A DNA stretch of 64,000 bases. Source: a virus. Under the pieces are notes generated by a model. The model was given only the letters and a program-made list of their open reading frames with translations, was not told where the DNA came from and ran no database searches. Location of the stretch: the IMG/VR virus record IMGVR_UViG_3300009506_000016, positions 1-64,000 of that record. One strand, 5' to 3'. Made by a program: the position numbers and the translations under genes. Of this stretch, positions 40,662 through 47,033 are shown one piece after another (position 1 is the first letter of the stretch; the number at the start of each line of letters is the position of its first letter).

Positions 40662-40693
40662 AAAAATGCCCGTAGATGCGTTCTACGGGCATT
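40662..40693 (-). terminator. intrinsic terminator
   Basis: Minus strand: ATGCCCGTAGA...TCTACGGGCAT followed by a T-tract. Confidence 0.7.
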
Positions 40694-40735
40694 CTAAGCC
40701 ATTTTTAGGCCATATACGTTATTTGATAACGGATA

Positions 40736-41167
40736 TCAAAGGTAGTGGGTGTATTCCCGTTCTGTGTGTTCCAGGCGGTATAAAACGTCCTCAAGCATAG
40801 TATGAAGGACCGCCATTTGGCGATTGTACTCTCCATGACCTTTAACACGTTCAAGATCGGCGAATGACATGAGTGATTCGACAAGCGTGATTGCTATGTC
40901 AATTGACTCTATATTAAGAGCCTGGCCGGTTGAGATATTGGCACGATTGTTCATACCAAGGATTTTTACGATATCGTTTTCTCCAAGGGTTGTCAATCCA
41001 CGAGTCACAAACCCAAGACCCTGATAGCGTTCTTTTGCCGATCTATCTTTTTTGATATCAACACCGAGATCAGCACAAAACGTTTCAAGAGATGAACGAT
41101 AGTAATATTCACCAAGCTCTTTTATGAGTAGATTGATAAACTCTTTCCTTGTCATTGTGGTTGGCAT
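40736..41167 (-). CDS. hypothetical protein
   Basis: 143 aa, AGGAG SD. Confidence 0.7.
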   Translation of the reverse strand: MPTTMTRKEFINLLIKELGEYYYRSSLETFCADLGVDIKKDRSAKERYQGLGFVTRGLTTLGENDIVKILGMNNRANISTGQALNIESIDIAITLVESLMSFADLERVKGHGEYNRQMAVLHTMLEDVLYRLEHTEREYTHYL

Positions 41168-41175
41168 CGTGACTC

Positions 41176-43353
41176 CTAATAATCAACTTTCACATCACGA
41201 ATTGCGAACGTGAAGTGTTTGTCATCAAGATCAACCTCAGCGCCATCACGGGTGTCAAGATCGGGGAACCATTGTTTGCACAGCAAGACAGCAAACCGTG
41301 TTCTCTGGATCTTATCACGCACATTTCTCAAATCATTCTTCACGCGATTGAGACTCGCCTTTGCATATTCCAGGGTCGATAGCGGATCTTTTGAGTTAGG
41401 CATATTGTTCTCAAATGATTTTATGACATCGGACATAAGTTGATTGGATGGTGTGAGTTTCTTTCCGTCAGCCATTTTTGACAACACGTCATCAATCTTT
41501 GGAGCGCTGGAATATCCCTTGATCTTTACCTCAAATTCCTTGGCGAAGTAGTGATCGATGCTTTCTTCCTTGTCTACCGGTGGTGAATATAAGCGATCAT
41601 GCTTAATCCCGTAGGTTTCAAGGAATTCGATCTGCTCGTTCGTGAATTCGCTCGTGACTTTTTCCATGATCCCGGTTGGATCTAATTCCTTGATCTTGTT
41701 GTTCAGGAATTTTTGCATGAACGTAAGCTCAAGCTCGTGATCCAGCCACCCACAATATTCGGTAGATGTTGGCGCAGTGGCAATCTTCTTGTTCACCAGA
41801 GGAACAGCACCTAAGTCAACAAGATAGATTGTATCTTCATCGTGTTCATCATAGTAGTTATCTGGTAGCATACCAGCATCGACTAACCGATGAAACGTGT
41901 CATAACTCATTGACACTGGAAGGGTGGGCGTGTTCAAGATGCTATCTTTGACCAGGGTGTAGTTGCGATATTGATGACACTGGAAATACTCTCTGAGGCC
42001 AACATGCACAGCATCAGGAAGATTAACATGTCCAGGAATTTTTGCAAGGATGGAAAGATTCAGGCGTTTTTGATTCCATGTCAGATGATTGAATGGACAG
42101 GCCGTAGTAGAGTCTGCAAAGAATTTTGGATATCCATCGCGTGTCTTTGTGGGTACGCCGGTGCGCTTGTAGTTGAACAACTCGTGGCGTGGATAGAAGT
42201 ATGCTTTGCTATCTGCCATAAGCAAGTCAATAGCATCAAGCAAGCAAAACGCATCATCGGCTGGAACAAAATCGGTATCTTGTCCCTCAATGAACCTGAA
42301 CGCCTCAGAATCAAGTGATAGCAACATGCTGTTTTGCGCATTGCCATATTCCTCATTTGTGAATGCGTTGTTCACTTCTTTGATCAATGCAACTTCGCCG
42401 ATAGATCCAAGCATCTCAATAGCAATGTCTGACTTTGCGGAAGAAACAAATGCGTATGCCAGGGCCACAGGAGCAACGTATGATTGCTCATACGTCATTG
42501 ACGAAACCGTATCATAATGAGTCAGATCGTGCATGTGATTGATATCAGCAAGGACATAGATGGTGTTAGCGTTCTCTGGAACGTATGTTACAGCATCCAT
42601 AGTGTTGAGTATCTCAACAGGATACTGCTGGACGTTGAAGCCATCGTATCCAACTACCATCAGAGGTTGCATAACTGGAAGTGGTACTGAAACGCGCAAC
42701 GCCTTCTCAGATCCAACAAATTGCTCCATGCTCGAATCAAACTCGGTAAGGTGGCTGGAATGGATAAGAGTCCCGCCGATATTCGCTGTCATCTGAGCCA
42801 TAAGCTCTTTATTATAGTAGTCACCATAACCAACCAGCATCACAGACGAAACTTTGTCGTTCAGCGCACGCATGGTATTGAGAATTTTTTGTACTTCCTG
42901 TTTGTAGTTACTTACAACCGGATATCCGTCCGTCATAAACATGAGCGATACGGTTCCAGGAAGTGCGGAAAGATTACCGATGATGTTATCATAGGTATCT
43001 GCCAGGATCTCAGAAAAGCATGTGAGGCCTACAACGCTTTTGTATTTCTGTAATGCACTTTTTACAGTATTTTGGAATGACGAATTAACGGAAAGGCCGA
43101 TAAAGATCCAGCCAAACTTCCCGTTTTCAGTTGAAAACCAACCGATTGATAAGGTATCTCCATCGCGGAGTTGCTTGGAACGCTCAACCATATCATCAAC
43201 CAATTGAGGCAATGTATAATACATTGATCCAGAACGGTCAAAGATCCAAACGTGATTTGTAGGATCAGGAACAGAAGCCTTTTCCTCAGAGCGATCCAAT
43301 TCGATAGCGAACAAGTTGTACTTATTCTTTACAGGGGCTACAGATACTTTCAT
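41176..43353 (-). CDS. large vWA-domain protein (725 aa)
   Basis: N-terminal MIDAS DRSGSM, GLT, MTDGY; C-terminal half unassigned. Confidence 0.8.
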   Translation of the reverse strand: MKVSVAPVKNKYNLFAIELDRSEEKASVPDPTNHVWIFDRSGSMYYTLPQLVDDMVERSKQLRDGDTLSIGWFSTENGKFGWIFIGLSVNSSFQNTVKSALQKYKSVVGLTCFSEILADTYDNIIGNLSALPGTVSLMFMTDGYPVVSNYKQEVQKILNTMRALNDKVSSVMLVGYGDYYNKELMAQMTANIGGTLIHSSHLTEFDSSMEQFVGSEKALRVSVPLPVMQPLMVVGYDGFNVQQYPVEILNTMDAVTYVPENANTIYVLADINHMHDLTHYDTVSSMTYEQSYVAPVALAYAFVSSAKSDIAIEMLGSIGEVALIKEVNNAFTNEEYGNAQNSMLLSLDSEAFRFIEGQDTDFVPADDAFCLLDAIDLLMADSKAYFYPRHELFNYKRTGVPTKTRDGYPKFFADSTTACPFNHLTWNQKRLNLSILAKIPGHVNLPDAVHVGLREYFQCHQYRNYTLVKDSILNTPTLPVSMSYDTFHRLVDAGMLPDNYYDEHDEDTIYLVDLGAVPLVNKKIATAPTSTEYCGWLDHELELTFMQKFLNNKIKELDPTGIMEKVTSEFTNEQIEFLETYGIKHDRLYSPPVDKEESIDHYFAKEFEVKIKGYSSAPKIDDVLSKMADGKKLTPSNQLMSDVIKSFENNMPNSKDPLSTLEYAKASLNRVKNDLRNVRDKIQRTRFAVLLCKQWFPDLDTRDGAEVDLDDKHFTFAIRDVKVDY

Positions 43354-43394
43354 TGTGTGTCCTTTCGAATCGAATACGAATTAGACTTACAACA

Positions 43395-43465
43395 TGGACC
43401 GTAAGAGATTCGAACTCTATCTTCTCGTTGCAACGGAGATGATCTGCCATTTGATCTAACGGCCC
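43395..43465 (-). tRNA. tRNA-Ala(UGC), atypical anticodon and T stems, no encoded CCA
   Basis: GGGCCGU/ACGGUCC acceptor stem with G3:U70 and A73, GAUC D-stem, UUCGAAU T-loop. Confidence 0.75.
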
Positions 43466-43474
43466 ATTTTATCT

Positions 43475-43828
43475 TTATGGAACAGGATAACTAACATCGG
43501 GAGCCGGGTACGGCTCTACAGGAGCGGGGTATCCGATATCTTGTGTTGGCCGAACAATTCTTCGTAGGAATAAAGGAATAGTAGCTTGAAGGTCTTCTTC
43601 GTGTTCTCCGCTTTCGTTTTCGTCATCTGTTGAGTTATCGGTTGTGTTAATAGCATTCATTTCAATGTTCTTTGGAACACGAGTTGGAGTCGAAAAAGAT
43701 ACTACGGCAGGATCATTGTTATCGATCATATAAGCCTTAGCTCTGTTTTTCATTATACCAAACATGATAAAAGCGAGAATGAATGATACAAATAGAATAA
43801 TTATCGTTTTTTGTTTTAGTGAGGTCAT
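43475..43828 (-). CDS. membrane-anchored Pro/Thr-rich protein with YPAP repeats
   Basis: Start MTSLKQK; transmembrane helix; C-terminal GYPAPVEPYPAPDVSYPVP. Confidence 0.7.
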   Translation of the reverse strand: MTSLKQKTIIILFVSFILAFIMFGIMKNRAKAYMIDNNDPAVVSFSTPTRVPKNIEMNAINTTDNSTDDENESGEHEEDLQATIPLFLRRIVRPTQDIGYPAPVEPYPAPDVSYPVP

Positions 43829-43850
43829 TGTTGCCAACCTTAAATAAGTG

Positions 43851-43887
43851 GCCCGGTGGGTAAGGAGGTGAAAAAAACCCACCGGGC
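43851..43887 (-). ncRNA. hairpin displaying the 16S anti-SD sequence UCACCUCCUUA
   Basis: Perfect 10-bp stem GCCCGGUGGG/CCCACCGGGC; loop UUUUUUUCACCUCCUUA. Confidence 0.55.
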
Positions 43888-43900
43888 GCTCAATATTGAA

Positions 43901-44038
43901 CACGGTAATGTGGTGAGAAACCGGTTTAGCTCTGGCCGGGATTCGAACCCTAGAGCGAACAAGTATTACTCGTCCAGCAACCACGCCACTAGCCATCATA
44001 GTCTGGTAGATAGATAACAGTCTCTCTTTCGTACCGCG
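43901..44038 (-). ncRNA. Y-RNA-like element Y6 (138 nt; T-loop, cloverleaf-like interior)
   Basis: CGCGGUA-C-G...UUACCGUG lower stem; GAGAGACUG/CGGUUUCUC upper stem; UUAUCU; GGG-UUCGAAU-CCC. Confidence 0.75.
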
Positions 44039-44051
44039 AAAGTCTATTTTC

Positions 44052-44130
44052 ATTCGGTAATAAGTTGCGCTCGATAAAAAACTTCTGTACTGAAGTTTAC
44101 CGAAGGTAACCGAAGCGCGGCGTACCGAAT
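44052..44130 (-). ncRNA. Y-RNA-like element Y5 (79 nt, minimal)
   Basis: AUUCGGUA-C-G...UUACCGAAU; upper stem GCGCUUCG/CGAGCGC; GUUACCU. Confidence 0.75.
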
Positions 44131-44150
44131 CTTTATTAGGTTGTTAAAAC

Positions 44151-44226
44151 AAGGTAATAAATTAGCGCTCGATTTATTAGTTTCGTTTCATATACAAAGT
44201 TTGGTTATCGAACACAAGCGTACCTT
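44151..44226 (-). ncRNA. Y-RNA-like element Y4 (76 nt, minimal)
   Basis: AAGGUA-C-G...UUACCUU; upper stem GUGUUCGAU/AUCGAGCGC. Confidence 0.72.
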
Positions 44227-44238
44227 ATTATCTGTCTC

Positions 44239-44335
44239 GTGGGTGATGCGCCTATCACCCACTTATTCCATTCCGCACCGCAACCAACTTGAAGGAGCTT
44301 GACCAAGGAGATCCCGGCGGCGCTCACCGGTGAGC
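44239..44335 (-). ncRNA. structured element with two CUCCUU-displaying loops plus flanking hairpins
   Basis: GCGCCGC/GCGGUGC encloses GAUC-UCCUU-GGUC and AGC-UCCUUCAA-GUU; GUGGGUGAU/AUCACCCAC hairpin at 44239-44262. Confidence 0.5.
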
Positions 44336-44350
44336 CTTGCTAAGTAATAA

Positions 44351-44481
44351 TCTGGTAATGTATTTGATCACCATGTTTAGCGTCTTAACCACTTAGACCA
44401 CACGGAGCCTCGGCTCACAGGTTGGGATTCGAACCCAAATATCTCTGCCCAAGTCAGATAACAGTGATCTTCCGTACCAGA
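44351..44481 (-). ncRNA. YrlA-like Y RNA Y3 (131 nt; permuted tRNA mimic)
   Basis: UCUGGUA-C-G...UUACCAGA; UUAUCU; T-arm UUGGG-UUCGAAU-CCCAA, then a closed acceptor-like hairpin GAGCC/GGCUC, then D-arm GUCU-AAGUGGUUA-AGAC. Confidence 0.85.
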
Positions 44482-44495
44482 AAGATTCAATAATA

Positions 44496-44639
44496 AAGTG
44501 GTAATAAAAGTAGGCTGGACATTATTTTTCCTCTGCCATTGAGCTACACACGGATCTTCTTTTTCCGCATGACGGGATTCGAACCCGCAACCTATTGTTG
44601 TTTATACAATTGAGATAACCCAACCAATCCGTACCACTT
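44496..44639 (-). ncRNA. YrlA-like Y RNA Y2 (144 nt; permuted tRNA mimic)
   Basis: AAGUGGUA-C-G...UUACCACUU; GUUAUCUCAAUUG; T-arm GCGGG-UUCGAAU-CCCGU, acceptor CAUGCGGA/UCCGUGUG closed by a loop, UA, D-arm GCUC-AAUGGCA-GAG. Confidence 0.85.
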
Positions 44640-44656
44640 AAGTTTTCAATGTTCTG

Positions 44657-44724
44657 GCGGTATTAAGATTGCAGTCGATTTAAGAGTCTGTATACTTGTA
44701 GATAACCGACTTGCTTCGTACCGC
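44657..44724 (-). ncRNA. Y-RNA-like element Y1 (68 nt, minimal)
   Basis: GCGGUA-C-GAA...AUACCGC; upper stem GCA.GUCGG/UCGACUGC; UUAUCU. Confidence 0.75.
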
Positions 44725-44734
44725 ATCATCATAG

Positions 44735-44798
44735 TCGCTTGTGCCGTTGGGTTTGACTTAAGGAGGTCCATAGAGTAGCTAGAACTCGGGACAAGCGA
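44735..44798 (-). ncRNA. structured element with an anti-SD loop (GAC-CUCCUUAA-GUC)
   Basis: UCGCUUGU/ACAAGCGA closing stem; first element after the promoter. Confidence 0.55.
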
Positions 44799-44833
44799 TG
44801 AACCGTTATTTGTTTTTGTTCTAGCATGTATAT

Positions 44834-44862
44834 ATTATACGACTATTCAGAATTATTGTCAA
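44834..44862 (-). promoter_or_regulatory. perfect consensus sigma70 promoter driving the ncRNA array
   Basis: TTGACA-17-TATAAT; predicted TSS near 44827. Confidence 0.88.
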
Positions 44863-45328
44863 TAGGCAATTTTTCTTGGTCGTTATCTTTCTGAGTAACT
44901 GACTTCATTGCTTTCTCATAACGATCTTTTGAGATAAATACAAGCTCGTTCTCAAAAAGAACAGCGAATTGAGGTCGATAGCCAGTTTTATCGTGATGCC
45001 AACGAGCAGACGAATGAATAAAACTGTCATCATCACTCCAATATTTATTAACAAAGCGATCATTGATATCATCGCCAGCAATATTGACATAATCTTTATT
45101 ACTAGCCGCGTAGTAAAGAAAGATATCATCAATCTTTGACGGAAGATCAAATTCATCATCCATATTCACGTCAAGAGCTTTGCATAGGCCAGATAATTGT
45201 AACTGATACCAGTAAGGAATATATGGATCACGGCGATGCTTGTAGAGCGCCCGGATCAACAACTCCACTTCCTTTGACGACACTTTCTTTTCGCGTAAAA
45301 GCTGAATGGTTGCTCGATACTTTGACAT
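44843..45328 (-). CDS. hypothetical protein
   Basis: Start MSKYRA with AAGGA SD. Confidence 0.65.
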   Translation of the reverse strand: MSKYRATIQLLREKKVSSKEVELLIRALYKHRRDPYIPYWYQLQLSGLCKALDVNMDDEFDLPSKIDDIFLYYAASNKDYVNIAGDDINDRFVNKYWSDDDSFIHSSARWHHDKTGYRPQFAVLFENELVFISKDRYEKAMKSVTQKDNDQEKLPIDNNSE

Positions 45329-45330
45329 AG

Positions 45331-45780
45331 CTATTTCCTTGTGAAGAATAGTTTTGAAAACCAAGAAAGATGAGTGCGTTTCTCATAACATTGTTTGCAT
45401 ACAAAGCGTCCATAGCTGTAATCAAAATCATTTAAAAGGTTTTCAAGCTGTTGTGGGCTATCAATGCTAACGCTATCAATATGACCGCAAGAACATGGGT
45501 AACTAATAATGATTCCTTGTTTTTCATTCCAACCATGATATGTGAAATAATAATGATACATTCCACCATCATTCTCAATAGAATTAACAGTATGCACAAA
45601 CTGTATAGGATCAGAACCCTTAGTAACACGAATAACATCTGCTAAAGAGCAATCAAGAAAGTAGGCCAGATGCTTAAGTCGCTCAACGTATCGATAATCG
45701 TTTGACTTCTTTTGGTCGTAAACTGATTTATTCCACCATTTCTCAATACTTTGTTTGATTAATTCACTCATATCTGGCAT
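45331..45780 (-). CDS. hypothetical Zn-binding protein
   Basis: CSCGH...CKQC. Confidence 0.65.
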   Translation of the reverse strand: MPDMSELIKQSIEKWWNKSVYDQKKSNDYRYVERLKHLAYFLDCSLADVIRVTKGSDPIQFVHTVNSIENDGGMYHYYFTYHGWNEKQGIIISYPCSCGHIDSVSIDSPQQLENLLNDFDYSYGRFVCKQCYEKRTHLSWFSKLFFTRK

Positions 45781-46607
45781 TACGGTATCTCCCTAACTCT
45801 GTAGTGTTCAGGCCATTCTTCCGGGTCTGATCCGCTTGTTGATTTATATCCAAGTTTCTTAGCCAATGCACTACCGGATTGTTTCATATAGAATGGAATC
45901 CCGTATATTGAGCATTGTAGCCAAGCGTACTTGGCCCATCCCCAATTCATTTCTCGTGCCTGTGGTCCGCTTTCGCCACCAACAATCACCCAATCTAACT
46001 TTGTGATCCAATCTTTGAAATTTATATAGGAAAGTAATGGCTCGGCGCTGATAAAGTTCTTTCCAGGCCACATTTCCAATAATATAGGTATACGTGCATC
46101 GGCGGTGTCTTGGTTTTCTGTAGTGATCCCGAGCCTTATGTGTAAGTTTCCATCAGGATCTTTGATCCATCTTTCAGGAAACATGCGCTGTGCATTCTCG
46201 ATTCGTTTCGTAAGAATCAGAAATTCAATGTATCCACCGGCTATTTCTCCGGCACGATCAAGAGCATTCCACAAATCATTGCGCCACTCATCAGGAACTT
46301 CATCATCAAACACATCACTGAGTGATGAAACAAATACTCGGTGAAACTGCTTATGATCAAATGCGCATTTGGCCCATGTGAACACGCTATTATGCGTTCT
46401 CTCACTTGTTAATTTACGTGGTGCGCCCTTCCCCCAAGAGCCTTTATCTGTCCATTTGTAGTAAGTGTTTTGCCTTTCGGCGTAACAAAACTTACATCCG
46501 GGACTGATCTTTGTGCATCCAATCCACCAATTAAGTGTTGAACCGGGATGCCAAGATCCATCTTGCCGCTTTGTAGCGGTCCATCCTATCTTGGTTTCTT
46601 TTCCCAT
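45780..46607 (-). CDS. phage Gp37/Gp68 family (DUF5131) protein
   Basis: TKIGWT, GCTKISPGCKFCYAE, VFVSSLSDVF, LTKR, SAEPLL, WVIVGGESG. Confidence 0.9.
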   Translation of the reverse strand: MGKETKIGWTATKRQDGSWHPGSTLNWWIGCTKISPGCKFCYAERQNTYYKWTDKGSWGKGAPRKLTSERTHNSVFTWAKCAFDHKQFHRVFVSSLSDVFDDEVPDEWRNDLWNALDRAGEIAGGYIEFLILTKRIENAQRMFPERWIKDPDGNLHIRLGITTENQDTADARIPILLEMWPGKNFISAEPLLSYINFKDWITKLDWVIVGGESGPQAREMNWGWAKYAWLQCSIYGIPFYMKQSGSALAKKLGYKSTSGSDPEEWPEHYRVREIP

Positions 46608-46656
46608 GCGCCACCTATATTTTATTAGAAACTTCCCTATATAATATTATAACCTA

Positions 46657-46727
46657 AAGGATCAGATCGAGTCGAACGATCATTGACGGCTTCAAAGGCC
46701 GGTGTCCTACCATTAGACGATGATCCT
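46657..46727 (-). tRNA. tRNA-Gln(UUG), no encoded CCA
   Basis: AGGAUCA/UGAUCCU acceptor stem; CGGC-CUUUGAA-GCCG anticodon arm; GAUCG-UUCGACU-CGAUC T-arm. Confidence 0.88.
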
Positions 46728-46733
46728 TAAATT

Positions 46734-47033
46734 CTAGTATTCGCTTGGTAGCAAAATACAGGTTGAGCTTCTATCTGCCTCGGTAATAATCCATATCTTT
46801 GTATTATCATTGAGCAGATAGGCGGAAAGAATACGTGTTCCGCCGTTGATGGATTTGTTGTTTTCCTGCTTGTCAAAGGTTGACACAACTCCCCAATCAC
46901 CAAGGGCATGTTTCATGAGGAATTCTTGTGGGCGCTGTTTTGCCTCATCAAGTGCATATTGAGCGCCTGTGGTAATCACTATTTGCCCAAGCGCGAACAA
47001 CGGTTTTCTGGTATTAGGTATCTTTGGTAGCAC
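46734..47033 (-). CDS. conserved mobile-element protein (LGQIV.T.GA / GDWG / IWIITEADRS.T.ILLPSEY family)
   Basis: Recognisable motif series of a common plasmid/phage family of unknown function. Confidence 0.75.
   Translation of the reverse strand: MLPKIPNTRKPLFALGQIVITTGAQYALDEAKQRPQEFLMKHALGDWGVVSTFDKQENNKSINGGTRILSAYLLNDNTKIWIITEADRSSTCILLPSEY

Noticed and set aside
43861-43871. TAAGGAGGTGA read as the RBS of a + strand gene
   Set aside because: No properly spaced start codon or convincing ORF follows, and the region is driven by a minus-strand promoter.
43829-44053. N-terminal 75 codons of track ORF 43475..44053
   Set aside because: They overlap Y6 and the anti-SD hairpin and read as non-protein-like; the real start is ATG 43828, just before the transmembrane helix.
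39626-44590. Four GGGATTCGAACCC hits (about 39636, 43938, 44424, 44574) read as ordinary tRNA genes
   Set aside because: None has a canonical anticodon arm and arm order; they are T-arms inside Y-like or leader RNAs.
43901-44724. Repeated GGTAAT...CGTACC units read as a CRISPR array
   Set aside because: The units are self-complementary stems of variable length with only short shared motifs, not identical direct repeats with uniform spacers; no cas genes are present.
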